Assembly (NCBI RefSeq): GCF_964030745.1
Contig: NZ_OZ034918.1
Coordinates: 390,001-422,000 of the forward strand
Origin: Candidatus Saccharimonadota bacterium
GTDB lineage: Bacteria > Bacteroidota > Bacteroidia > Cytophagales > Amoebophilaceae
Length of the DNA: 32,000 bases
Reading direction: 5' to 3'
This document shows, piece by piece, positions 16,647 to 26,355 of the stretch (within the stretch, counting starts at the first letter, position 1; each line of letters opens with the position of its first letter). The notes under the pieces were generated by a model, which was not told the origin of the DNA, did no database searches, and saw only the letters and a list, made by a program, of their open reading frames with translations. The translations under genes were made by a program, and so were the position numbers.

Positions 16647-17861
16647 TTATTTGCTACCCAATGCCTCTACAGGTTTTATATTTACCGCACGTATAGCGGG
16701 TAAGATACCAGCCAAACAGCTTGCCAAAGCAATCAATCCCAACCCCGTCAAGATAAACGAAGGAGGGCAGGTCAAAGTAGCTAGGTAATAGTCTTTGCAT
16801 AATGGGACTAACCATTTATTTAACAACTGGATCAGTCCAAAGCCTGCTACAAAACCAACCATACCCGCCACAAGGGTGACCATAACCACTTCAGCTAAAA
16901 TCATCGCAACAATTTCTATGGAACGGCTTCCCAATACCCTACGAATCGCCATCTCTTGTTTTCTTTCTTGAATGGTTACCAGCATCATATTACTCATAGC
17001 TACAATACCTGTTATCAGCAGACATACCCCTAGTATAGCATTAAAAATAAAAATATTTCTAAAAAAGGCATCAAATTTAGCGGCATGTTTGGCAATACTA
17101 AATAGACTAAGCGCTTGTGGGTTTTTGGCATCAAAGTTCAAATGACGTGCAAAATAAGCGCGAAATTGTGTTTCAGCCACTGCTGGACAGGCATCAGGCA
17201 GTAGGGTCAACCGAATAGCGCTTACATAATTACTACGCTGAGGAAATATCTTTTTAAACAAACTATTGGTAAGCAATATTGCATCAGATTCATGGTAGAG
17301 ACTAGCATCTAACGGATCTAATACGCCTACTACTTTCAGGCCAATGCCTTCCAAAAAAATATACTTCCCAATAGCAGAGGCTGCGCCAAATAACCTTTCT
17401 TTGACAGCTATGCCGATAACACAAAGGTCATCTGCGGCCACAGCATCGCGCGGTGTAAAGAAACGCCCTTCCTGTAGGGATAGATTAGCCAATAGCAGAT
17501 AACAAGGATCGCATCCCAAAATGGATGCATTGATTTTTTTTGTTGCATAGCTGACGTGGCTGCTATGCCACAATATAGGGCTAACATATTGAATCGCATG
17601 AAATGGCTCAGATAAGTTTGTCGCCATGGCTAGTGGAATGGGATGGTGGCTACCGCCGCTTCTGCCTTGCCAAAGGATCATGGTTTTTGTGCCATACTTT
17701 GCAAATGCCTGAGCAACACCATTGTGCACGCCATTGCCAAATGCTACTAGCAACACCAGCATAAAAATAGCCCACAATACACCAAAACCCATAGAAAAGG
17801 TTCGAGCGGTATGGATTTTAAGGCTCTGGCACGCCTCCCTGAAAGGATCTAAAATAGACAT
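16647..17861 (-). CDS. ABC transporter permease (MacB_PCD + FtsX domain), copy 1
   Basis: Same architecture as its neighbour, C-terminus ..PAIRAVNIKPVEALGSK. The two are divergent paralogues. Confidence 0.85.
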   Translation of the reverse strand: MSILDPFREACQSLKIHTARTFSMGFGVLWAIFMLVLLVAFGNGVHNGVAQAFAKYGTKTMILWQGRSGGSHHPIPLAMATNLSEPFHAIQYVSPILWHSSHVSYATKKINASILGCDPCYLLLANLSLQEGRFFTPRDAVAADDLCVIGIAVKERLFGAASAIGKYIFLEGIGLKVVGVLDPLDASLYHESDAILLTNSLFKKIFPQRSNYVSAIRLTLLPDACPAVAETQFRAYFARHLNFDAKNPQALSLFSIAKHAAKFDAFFRNIFIFNAILGVCLLITGIVAMSNMMLVTIQERKQEMAIRRVLGSRSIEIVAMILAEVVMVTLVAGMVGFVAGFGLIQLLNKWLVPLCKDYYLATLTCPPSFILTGLGLIALASCLAGILPAIRAVNIKPVEALGSK

Positions 17862-17954
17862 AAGCCTTTACAATTAGGTTTCAAAAGCGGTCTAATTAAA
17901 ACAGTTGATTGAATTTAATATAAAACTGGCAAATAAATTAATTTCTATGTTGTA

Positions 17955-18857
17955 TCATTTTTCCTCTGCCCTAGGATGGGCTTTTTTGAAAATTTCTTTT
18001 AACCGAGTTAAAGAGTTATGGGTATAGACTTGAGTAGCAGCCAAACTTGCATGACCCAATAATTCTTTAATAGCCTGTAAGTCGGCACCTTTATCTAACA
18101 AATGGGTCGCAAAGGTATGGCGCAATATATGAGGACTATGCTGACTGGCACGTGTAGCGGGGGCCAAATATTTCTTAACAATTCGATAGATAAACATGGG
18201 ATAACAGGGCCTTCCAGCCTCAGTGAGGATGAGCTGAGGAGTAAGGTGATAACCCAATTTTTTTTTTTCCAACAAATAAGCAGTTATTAATGGGCCCAAT
18301 GGCTTTGGAAAAGGAATGATACGCGCTTTATCCCGCTTGCCTATTACCTGAATGGCTTCATCTTTCAGGTTGATGTCTGCCTGGCAAAGGGCTATAAGCT
18401 CAGCCAAACGGATGCCTGTCCCATATAAAAGCTCTAAAATTAACCGATCACGCAGCCCAGAAAAGGTGTTAGAAAATAGATGCTGATCTAAAAAAGATAA
18501 AAGTTCTTTTTCTTGAAAAAAGATAGGCAGTCTTTTTTTCCCTTTTAGACTTTTAAGCACATCGGTAGGAGGATCCAGCATAAAGCCCCTTCTTTGTAGA
18601 AAAGCATAAAAGATACGCAAGGCAGCCATTTTTCTATTAATAGAACGATGGACAAGCCCTGCTTTAGCCAATGCCATTATCCAGCCACGCAGCTCCTGAG
18701 CCGTCACTTCCGTGACTGCTTTTGCAGGTGTTAGCCCGGATAGATAGTCTACAAATTGATATAAGTCGGCCTTATAGGCGAGCACAGTATGGAGACTGGA
18801 ACGCCTTTCTATTGTTAAATAGGCTTCAAAAAGAGAAAGAAAGTGCTGGCTATCCAT
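17955..18857 (-). CDS. xerC: Tyrosine recombinase XerC/XerD family
   Basis: SAM-like N-terminal domain. Catalytic region ARxxE.., HILRHTFATHLL, LLGHASLAATQVYTH (R-H-R-Y). Confidence 0.85.
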   Translation of the reverse strand: MDSQHFLSLFEAYLTIERRSSLHTVLAYKADLYQFVDYLSGLTPAKAVTEVTAQELRGWIMALAKAGLVHRSINRKMAALRIFYAFLQRRGFMLDPPTDVLKSLKGKKRLPIFFQEKELLSFLDQHLFSNTFSGLRDRLILELLYGTGIRLAELIALCQADINLKDEAIQVIGKRDKARIIPFPKPLGPLITAYLLEKKKLGYHLTPQLILTEAGRPCYPMFIYRIVKKYLAPATRASQHSPHILRHTFATHLLDKGADLQAIKELLGHASLAATQVYTHNSLTRLKEIFKKAHPRAEEK

Positions 18858-18912
18858 AAAGGAATTTTTAGCTAGCTTTTTGCTTGATGAAAAAGTATCC
18901 TATGCACCTCCC

Positions 18913-19107
18913 CTACCCGTTGTTGCCATATAGTATCTGATGCTTATACCTCCCTTTCAATTTTTCAGCTTTTCTACGCACCGTTGGTTTGGTATAGGCC
19001 ATACGTTTCCTGGCCTCTTTTAGTATACCTACGCGCTCTACTTTCTTTTTAAATCTTTTAAGCGCTCTATCTACGCCTTCGTTGTCTTTTACTTCTACAA
19101 CAATCAT
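18913..19107 (-). CDS. rpsU: 30S ribosomal protein S21
   Basis: MIVVEVKDNEGVDRALKRFKKKVERVGILKEARKRMAYTKPTVRRK. I start at the internal Met (19107) rather than the track start at 19161. Confidence 0.85.
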   Translation of the reverse strand: MIVVEVKDNEGVDRALKRFKKKVERVGILKEARKRMAYTKPTVRRKAEKLKGRYKHQILYGNNG

Positions 19108-19209
19108 ACACTTCTTTCGTTTGTAATTAAAAATGGTTACGCTATAATTACCTACCCACAAATCTACTCTAAAAACAGAGCAACCACAAGGCTACCCTAG
19201 TAAAATATT

Positions 19210-20907
19210 TTATTTTAACAGAAAAGCTGCTTTTCTTCTGCGCAATGTAGCGATGCATACCATGCACCATAACAGTAAGCAAGCCCATGCAGCAATATGA
19301 CCGATATAATCCCCATGTAAGCTATAAAAAGTCATTTGATTATTGGCATATACTACTGCACGGGTAGCAGCGGCTTCTAAACGGTTGGTTGTGGTGATTA
19401 CCTCTCCACGTTGGTTGATAAATCCAGAAATACCGGTATTGGCTGCGCGCACCACGCTCCTTCGATGTGCTATGGCTGGCAAACGACTATATTGAAAGAA
19501 TTGGTGATATATAGGGGTGTTTCCCCACCAACCATCATTGGTTACCACTGCCAAAAGGTTGGCCCCTTTTCGGACACTACTACCTATAAAAGCGCCATAG
19601 AGCAATTCATAACAAATAATTGGTGCAACCTGTATATGGCCATCTATTGCAAAAATCTTAGCTTCGTTTCCCTTGCCCAAACAAGGATCAAGTCCTCCAC
19701 CAATATGGTCAATTGTTTGTTTAATCCAGGAGAGTATTTTTTCTGGTATAAGATGGAAATAGGGGAGGTATTCTCCACCTGGTAGTAGTTTTACCTTATG
19801 GTATATATCTATTTTTTCTCGATTGTTTAAATAAAAAACACTATTAAAGCGGTCAGTATAGTTTCCTCGTATTTTTTGAGCGGTTTGGGTAGCCTTTATT
19901 AGGCCATAAGTGCAAAAGGAACTGGCGCCGGTTATAAGGTGTAAAGCGGGATAGGTTTCGAGAAACTGAAATACAGGCTGCATCAATAGATAGTTACGCA
20001 GCTGTATCTCTTCTAAATAACAATCAATGGCCGATTCGGGCCACACTACTAAAGCGGTGGTTGGTGTAAGCTGCTCTTTAGAAAGGGCCAACAACCGATT
20101 TATTTGGTATCTATAGGGAACAAAGTATGGAGAGGTGGGGGATTTTTCTGTATAGCTATCAAAATTAGGTTGGACTACCACTGCCTCTACACGCCTTCCC
20201 TTTTCGCTATAGGTGTAATAAATCATTAAGCTTATGGCTATAGGCAGTAGCAACCAGGCCAAAAGCCCCTTGAATAGAGGGGTAGATTTTTTTTCAAAAA
20301 GCAAGTGGTAGAGCAGTATATTTAGGGTCAAAATCCAGAGGGATCCACCAAGTATACCGGTATATGCATACCATTGAATCCATTGGGGCAATGCAGCCAA
20401 TCCATTGCCTAAGTTTAGCCAAGGAAAAGTAAGCTCCCAATGTTCCCAGGAAAGGTGTGCATGTTCCAAGGTGAGCCAGCTGGTTACGAGCCCCAGATAG
20501 CCCACATACAAACCGCCCCATTTTCGCATGTAATAATAGCAAAACCAAGGCAAAGAGAGACAAATCGTATTATAACATACTGCAAAAAGCAAACCTTCAA
20601 AAGCAGCTTTATAAATCCACCAAATGGTTAGCGTATTCCAAAGCAACAGGGTTAAGGCAATAGAGGCTAAACAAAAAAGTTTTTTTTTGGGTGCTATAGC
20701 AAGCAATTTAAAGATTGCTAGGATAGGCACAATGGCTAGACATAGCAGCCACCCAAACCAAAAAGAGCACCAGGACAGGGCAAAGAAACTACTACTCAAG
20801 GCGATTAAAAGCAATAGATAGCGTTTGGAAAATTGTTTGGAAGCAAGTCTTGTAGCAATAGGGTGCATGCATAAAGGATATGGAACAGAAGTCAGATGAT
20901 GCGGCAT
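19210..20907 (-). CDS. lnt: Apolipoprotein N-acyltransferase
   Basis: Polytopic N-terminal half plus a C-terminal CN-hydrolase domain (VVWPESA, KVKLLPGGEY, PIICYELLY, NDGWW). Confidence 0.85.
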   Translation of the reverse strand: MPHHLTSVPYPLCMHPIATRLASKQFSKRYLLLLIALSSSFFALSWCSFWFGWLLCLAIVPILAIFKLLAIAPKKKLFCLASIALTLLLWNTLTIWWIYKAAFEGLLFAVCYNTICLSLPWFCYYYMRKWGGLYVGYLGLVTSWLTLEHAHLSWEHWELTFPWLNLGNGLAALPQWIQWYAYTGILGGSLWILTLNILLYHLLFEKKSTPLFKGLLAWLLLPIAISLMIYYTYSEKGRRVEAVVVQPNFDSYTEKSPTSPYFVPYRYQINRLLALSKEQLTPTTALVVWPESAIDCYLEEIQLRNYLLMQPVFQFLETYPALHLITGASSFCTYGLIKATQTAQKIRGNYTDRFNSVFYLNNREKIDIYHKVKLLPGGEYLPYFHLIPEKILSWIKQTIDHIGGGLDPCLGKGNEAKIFAIDGHIQVAPIICYELLYGAFIGSSVRKGANLLAVVTNDGWWGNTPIYHQFFQYSRLPAIAHRRSVVRAANTGISGFINQRGEVITTTNRLEAAATRAVVYANNQMTFYSLHGDYIGHIAAWACLLLWCMVCIATLRRRKAAFLLK

Positions 20908-21357
20908 AAACTTTTATTAATTATTTTTTTGCAAATGAATGATTAGTATACCTACTTCTTATCAAGCACAAATTCCTTCCACACTACAAATATAGCACTG
21001 CGCTAATTTACAAAAATTAGAAATAAACCTAATGAAGCAAAACTGCACGAAATCGACTGCCTGAATCGGTTCTGCAGCAGAAATATATAACAAGGAACCT
21101 ACAAAAAAAGCAATAATATAGAGAAATATTGCAATATTCTTATTTTTTCTGTACCATTGTAGGAATGAGGTTTTCAGTTAAAAAGGTCATTTCAGACGCA
21201 CACTACTTAGCAACAAAGATCAAAACCATTTAATGTAAGGTTAAGCCTATCAACGGACCGCATTACTGACAGCCTTATAGGCTGCGCCTAGTCCTATTAG
21301 CATGCAAAATGCACCAAAAATTGCCACAAAAAGTATATATATCTTATAAAATATAAA

Positions 21358-21951
21358 ATGAACCTGCAAGTAATTATTCGAAAGTTTAGTTTTATACTTT
21401 TAATATTTGGGTTAAATGGAAACAGGAACTGCACCAGTCAGCAAAAGAATATAAAATTAATTTCTGGTTCCAAGCAACAGGCTATTCAAGCCAGAACAAT
21501 CTCTACTTCCAATCCTACTGATAATCCAAAAGAAACTCCATTAGAAGAAAAAAAGAATGCCCCAGTAGTTATTGATACTAAGCAAAATGATCCCAATAGC
21601 AATGATAAAGCTAAAAACAAAGTAAAAAACGAGCAAAGCAACAGTTCAGATACCAAACCTTGTGCTACCCACAATCGAACTCCTGCATTACATCACTCAA
21701 CAAATAAATCGTTTGATACAAACGCCAAACAACTCAAGGCATCCAGAATAACAGAATCGAGTAATAAAATAAAAATCCTTGATAAGGAAATAAAAAAACT
21801 TAAAAAACAACTAGATCTCTATTACAAATATTGGTTCATAAGATTTCTTACACGAAAAGGGTGGGACACAGAAATACAAAAAAAAATTACGTTAAAAACA
21901 AGCGAGTATCAACAATACCAGCAAATTTTAGCCAAAGAAATGGACCCATAG
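21358..21951 (+). CDS. Hypothetical secreted protein, Asn/Lys/Ser-rich with C-terminal coiled-coil-like segment
   Basis: Hydrophobic leader FSFILLIFGLNG, a long low-complexity polar region, then KIKILDKEIKKLKKQLDLYYKY. No recognisable domain. Confidence 0.4.
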   Translation: MNLQVIIRKFSFILLIFGLNGNRNCTSQQKNIKLISGSKQQAIQARTISTSNPTDNPKETPLEEKKNAPVVIDTKQNDPNSNDKAKNKVKNEQSNSSDTKPCATHNRTPALHHSTNKSFDTNAKQLKASRITESSNKIKILDKEIKKLKKQLDLYYKYWFIRFLTRKGWDTEIQKKITLKTSEYQQYQQILAKEMDP

Positions 21952-22098
21952 GGTAGCCCCTGAGCTAGACCTTTAAAAAAGACCCCATAATTTCCTAACT
22001 GGCAAAATTATTTGTAAATTCGAACATTTGTTACCTACCAAAAGAGATAGATCCATAAGGAATATTATTTCTAGTAGTTTTAAATAAATTATACAAAC

Positions 22099-22293
22099 AT
22101 GGCACATCCAAAGAAAAGATCTTCTGCTTCCAGAAGAGATAAAAGAAGAACACATGTTAAGCTGTCGATGCCCGCTCTTGTCGTTTGTCCTGTTACGGGT
22201 GTAGTACATACGCCCCACCGTGCATTTTGGCATGAAGGAAAAATGTATTACAAGGGAAGGGTAGTGCTGGATAATAATACATCTGCGGCATAG
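22099..22293 (+). CDS. rpmF: 50S ribosomal protein L32
   Basis: [19 protein letters not shown]...[13 protein letters not shown]; typical L32 start and length. Confidence 0.9.
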   Translation: MAHPKKRSSASRRDKRRTHVKLSMPALVVCPVTGVVHTPHRAFWHEGKMYYKGRVVLDNNTSAA

Positions 22294-23298
22294 ATGCAGT
22301 GCATCAAACGTGCCTCGATTGCAGGTGTAGCTGGATATGTACCAGATTATGTATTGACCAATAGCGAATTGGAGCAAATGGTAGATACCAGTGATGGATG
22401 GATCACCACGAGAACCGGCATTCAAGAGAGAAGAATCCTAAAAGGAGAAGCTCTTGGTACCTCATTCATGGCGATACAAGCAGTAAAGGATTTGTTGCAA
22501 AAAACAGCTACCGATCCTACTACAATCGACCTGTTGATATGTGCAACCATTACACCAGATAGGATCACGCCTGCTACGGCCAATATAATTGCCCATGCAG
22601 TAGGTGCTACGCATGCTTTTAGCTACGACTTGCAAGCTGCTTGCTCCGGTTTTCTTTATGGACTAGATACAGCCGCTCAGTTTATTGCTGCAGGTAGGGC
22701 CAAACGGGTGGTCGTAGTAGGTGCAGATAAGATGTCTTCTATCACCAATTATACAGACCGGGCTACTTGTATCCTTTTTGGAGATGGCGCAGGTGCCGTA
22801 TTGGTCACAGCAGATGATGGAGATAGTAGGTATGGTATCATAGATACCATATGCAAAACAGATGGCAGCGGCCAAGACCTGCTCTACCAAAAAGCGGGAG
22901 GCAGTAGGCTGCCTGCTTCACATGAAACCGTGGATGCAAAGGCACATTACATCCACCAAGATGGTCAAAATGTATTTAAAGCAGCAGTTACCGCTATGTC
23001 AGATGTGGTGCTAGACATGATGGCACGCCATCACCTTACTGCAACAGATATTACCTATCTAGTTCCCCATCAAGCCAATAAACGCATCTTAAAGCTTGTG
23101 GCAGATCGGGTAGCCATTCCTATGGAAAAGGTGATGCTCAACATTCATAAGTATGGCAATACAACAGCTGCCACCATTCCACTTTGCCTGTGGGATTATG
23201 AACAAAAACTAAAAAAAGGTGATAAATTGATATTAACTGTTTTTGGAGGTGGATTTACCTGGGGCGCCATGTATATGGTCTGGGGATATGATGGGTAA
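22294..23298 (+). CDS. fabH: 3-oxoacyl-ACP synthase III
   Basis: Catalytic triad contexts AACSGFLYGL, VPHQANKRI and GNTTAATIP. The start abuts the rpmF stop. Confidence 0.9.
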   Translation: MQCIKRASIAGVAGYVPDYVLTNSELEQMVDTSDGWITTRTGIQERRILKGEALGTSFMAIQAVKDLLQKTATDPTTIDLLICATITPDRITPATANIIAHAVGATHAFSYDLQAACSGFLYGLDTAAQFIAAGRAKRVVVVGADKMSSITNYTDRATCILFGDGAGAVLVTADDGDSRYGIIDTICKTDGSGQDLLYQKAGGSRLPASHETVDAKAHYIHQDGQNVFKAAVTAMSDVVLDMMARHHLTATDITYLVPHQANKRILKLVADRVAIPMEKVMLNIHKYGNTTAATIPLCLWDYEQKLKKGDKLILTVFGGGFTWGAMYMVWGYDG

Positions 23299-23354
23299 TA
23301 GCCATTAAACAATAGGTGGGGAATTTTAAATAGTAGCAATAAGTTCAAAATATT

Positions 23355-23930
23355 ATGGCAAATACAAGTGATATTAAAAATGGTCTTTGTATTCTATTGA
23401 ATAATGATATCTATAGTGTAGTGGAATTTCAACATGTTAAGCCAGGTAAGGGGGCAGCCTTTGTGCGCACCAAACTAAAAAGTTTAACCAAAGAGCGACA
23501 AATTGACCATACCTTTAATGCAGGCTCGAAAATCCATATCGCACGTATCGAACGCAGACCTTACCAGTTTCTTTATAAAGATGGTACAGGATACACTTTT
23601 ATGCATACAGAAACCTTTGAACAACTGACCATTGAACCATCTCTTATTAATACCCCTCAATTCTTAAAAGAAGGGCAACATGTGGAAATCGTTTACCACG
23701 ATGATGCTGGTACCGTCTTAAAATGTGAACTGCCTCCATCTGTGCTATTGCGGATTACCTATACAGAACCGGGGCTGAAAGGAGATACTGCTACGAAAAC
23801 ATTAAAACCAGCCACTCTAGAAACAGGCGTAGAGGTTAGAGTGCCGCTATTTATTAATAATGAAGACCTTATAAAAATAGATACCCGTACCGGTCTCTAT
23901 ATGGAGCGTGTAAACGAGCAGAAAAAGTAA
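23355..23930 (+). CDS. efp: Elongation factor P
   Basis: [22 protein letters not shown] and three-domain length (191 aa). Confidence 0.95.
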   Translation: MANTSDIKNGLCILLNNDIYSVVEFQHVKPGKGAAFVRTKLKSLTKERQIDHTFNAGSKIHIARIERRPYQFLYKDGTGYTFMHTETFEQLTIEPSLINTPQFLKEGQHVEIVYHDDAGTVLKCELPPSVLLRITYTEPGLKGDTATKTLKPATLETGVEVRVPLFINNEDLIKIDTRTGLYMERVNEQKK

Positions 23931-23932
23931 GT

Positions 23933-24376
23933 ATGAAAACTACAGAAATTCAAGAGTTGATTGACTTTATTACCAAGTCAGGGTTAGAAGAGGTAAACAT
24001 TGAAACGGAAGCCATTAAAATCCATGTTAAAAGGAGTATTCCCATCCCGGCCCATGTGGCGTCACTTGCGCCCAATACGCTGCCACTACCGTTGCCGACT
24101 CCAGTAACTCCTCCAGAACATAGTGCCAACTATGTAACAATTAAATCCCCAATGATTGGTACTTTTTACCGATCACCCAGCCCTGAAGAAGCGCCATTTG
24201 TCAAAGAAGGCGATCTGGTTGCAAAAGGGAGCAAACTCTGTATTATAGAAGCTATGAAGCTTTATAATGAAATAGAATCAGAAGTGGCTGGAAAAATCGT
24301 TCAGATCTTGGTTGATGATGTCTCTCCTGTGGAATATGACCAACCGCTTTTTGTAGTAGACCCAGTTGCCGGGTAA
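23933..24376 (+). CDS. accB: Acetyl-CoA carboxylase biotin carboxyl carrier protein
   Basis: Pro/Ala-rich linker and biotinylation motif IIEAMKLYNEIESE. Confidence 0.9.
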   Translation: MKTTEIQELIDFITKSGLEEVNIETEAIKIHVKRSIPIPAHVASLAPNTLPLPLPTPVTPPEHSANYVTIKSPMIGTFYRSPSPEEAPFVKEGDLVAKGSKLCIIEAMKLYNEIESEVAGKIVQILVDDVSPVEYDQPLFVVDPVAG

Positions 24377-24408
24377 CCATCGCATCCATCTTTCCAGTTT
24401 GATCTACT

Positions 24409-25764
24409 ATGTTTCAGAAAATATTGATTGCCAACCGCGGAGAAATTGCCTTAAGCATCATTCGGGTGTGCAAAGAAATGGGTATTAAAACCGTTGCCGT
24501 TCATTCTACAGCAGATAGAGATAGCCTTCATGTCCGTTTTGCCGATGAAGCTGTTTGTATTGGACCAGCTGCCAGCCATTTGTCTTATCTTTCTATTCCC
24601 TCCATTATTGCTGCTGCCGAAGTAACCAATGCCCATGCGATTCATCCAGGCTATGGCTTTTTATCTGAAAATGCTAGTTTTGCAAGTATTTGTGCAGAAT
24701 ATGGTATTAAGTTTATTGGTCCTTCCGCGGCAGCCATTAGTAAAATGGGTGACAAGGCTACTGCAAAAGCCACAATGGAGGCTGCTGGCGTGCCCACCGT
24801 GCCTGGTTCCAATGGGCTACTTACATCTGTTGACGAAGGCATCCGCTTGGCTCATGAAATAGGCTTTCCTGTATTACTCAAAGCAACGGCAGGTGGCGGA
24901 GGCAAAGGGATCAAGTTGGTCGATACAGCTGAGGCTTTCCCGCAAAAATGGGTAGAGGCCAGGCAAGAAGCCATCTCCTCTTTTGGTAAAGATGGGCTAT
25001 ATTTGGAAAAATATATAGAAGAACCCCGCCATATTGAAGTACAAATCGTGGCAGATCAATATGGAAAAGTGATCCATCTATCTGAACGAGACTGCTCCAT
25101 CCAACGCAGGCATCAAAAATTGGTAGAAGAATCGCCCTCTCCCTTTGTGACAGAAACCTTACGAGAAAAAATAACAGCAGCAGCTATACAAGGCGTATCT
25201 GCTATAGGGTATGAAGGAGTTGGCACCATGGAGTTTCTAGTGGATAAATACCAAAACTGCTACTTTATGGAAATGAATACCCGCATTCAAGTAGAATATC
25301 TGGTTACAGAGGCAGTTACTGGCTTTAACCTGCTCAAAACGCAAATTGAAATAGCAGCTGGAAAGCCACTAGGTCCATCCAATTTGTATCCGCAAGGCCA
25401 CGCCATAGAGGTTCGTATTAATGCAGAAGATCCCTTTAATGGCTTTCGCCCCTCTCCTGGAAAAATTAACCATATGCATTTCCCTGGTGGATTGGGCATC
25501 ACCATGGCCAGCCATATTTATGCAGGTTATGTAGTGCCTGCGCACTATGATTCTATGATTGCCAAGCTTGTTGTGCATGCAGATACTAGAGTGGATGCCA
25601 TTGCCAAAATGAAACGGGCATTAGAAGAGCTAGTCATAGAGGGTATTCAAACCAATATACCCTTCCACCGTGCTTTGGTAGAAGATGCAGCCTTTCGAGC
25701 AGGCCACTTCACCACCCAATACTTAAATACTTTTGACTTTGCGCTGCTGAAACAAGTAGACTAA
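24409..25764 (+). CDS. accC: Acetyl-CoA carboxylase biotin carboxylase subunit
   Basis: KILIANRGEIA, ATP-grasp GGGGKGI, EMNTRIQVE; 451 aa. Confidence 0.95.
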   Translation: MFQKILIANRGEIALSIIRVCKEMGIKTVAVHSTADRDSLHVRFADEAVCIGPAASHLSYLSIPSIIAAAEVTNAHAIHPGYGFLSENASFASICAEYGIKFIGPSAAAISKMGDKATAKATMEAAGVPTVPGSNGLLTSVDEGIRLAHEIGFPVLLKATAGGGGKGIKLVDTAEAFPQKWVEARQEAISSFGKDGLYLEKYIEEPRHIEVQIVADQYGKVIHLSERDCSIQRRHQKLVEESPSPFVTETLREKITAAAIQGVSAIGYEGVGTMEFLVDKYQNCYFMEMNTRIQVEYLVTEAVTGFNLLKTQIEIAAGKPLGPSNLYPQGHAIEVRINAEDPFNGFRPSPGKINHMHFPGGLGITMASHIYAGYVVPAHYDSMIAKLVVHADTRVDAIAKMKRALEELVIEGIQTNIPFHRALVEDAAFRAGHFTTQYLNTFDFALLKQVD

Positions 25765-25861
25765 AAGCTGAACACTCAATGACGTCAAACTTAAGACATA
25801 AATATTATTGACTATTAAATAGAACAGTATTTTTTACATGGCGTATTGGTATACGCAGCAC

Positions 25862-26049
25862 TTATGGCCACCGATAAAAGATTTAGCGCGCAGTAAAGGC
25901 AATGAAACAATCTATTGTTCAGCGGGAAAAACAGAACTTGCCCACTGCGTGGGCTGCAAACAAGCTGTTTTTCTAATCCGCTGAACAATAGATTGTTTAA
26001 AGACTTCCGCTTTACTGAAGCGCTGCATTCCTTTATCGGCGGCCACAAT
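25862..26049. mobile_element. Small MITE, family B: 94-bp hairpin core flanked by termini that match the dispersed 28-bp repeat
   Basis: Inverted termini ttatggccaccgataaaag (25862-25880) / cctttatcggcggccacaat (26030-26049). Core palindrome aaacaatctattgttcagcgg...ccgctgaacaatagattgttt (25905-25998). Its centre resembles the family A core (agcggattagaaaa..). Confidence 0.65.
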
Positions 26050-26107
26050 AGCTTTTCTTATCATTATCAGCCCCACGTCTCCTTCGATAAAAAATGGCGC
26101 TCTAGTA

Positions 26108-26248
26108 GACCTCTTGCAAAACCTACTTTGTGATGAGCAATTTTTAGGAGAAGTGTAGTTGAGCACCGCAGAATACTTAATGTATTTGAGGAGCATAGAC
26201 AAGCTTCGACACCAAAATTGCCATTAGAAATAGGTTTTGCAAGAGGTC
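26108..26248. mobile_element. 141-bp MITE (family C) nested in MITE copy 4
   Basis: Termini gacctcttgcaaaacctac / ataggttttgcaagaggtc (about 18-nt inverted repeat). tagta is present on both sides but only once in intact copies (..gcgctctagtaaaacac..). Confidence 0.8.
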
Positions 26249-26355
26249 TAGTAAAACACGAACACCTGAGCGATATATTTTCAGCGGATTAGAAAATCGT
26301 TTGTTTGAAGCCCGCTTGCGGGCTGAGTTCACGATTTTCCCGCTTCTAAGAAACT

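Noticed and set aside
17955-18857. Tyrosine recombinase as the integrase of an island or prophage
   Set aside because: The XerC/D-like length and motifs, plus the conserved Bacteroidota rpsU-xerC neighbourhood, argue for a housekeeping function. No att-like repeats or phage genes are adjacent.
19411-20821. Several 60-124-aa ORFs overlapping lnt on both strands
   Set aside because: All are nested in a full-length lnt with intact CN-hydrolase motifs. None has motifs of its own.
20908-21357. Long intergenic region scanned for tRNA, sRNA or a gene remnant
   Set aside because: There is no tRNA-like T-arm or acceptor signature and no convincing hairpin or ORF with a start codon. I could not support any call by eye.
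21973-22425. 150-aa minus-strand ORF
   Set aside because: It overlaps rpmF and the start of fabH, both with strong motifs on the plus strand.
24451-25578. Multiple 63-77-aa ORFs within accC
   Set aside because: These are frame-shadow ORFs inside a highly conserved biotin carboxylase gene.
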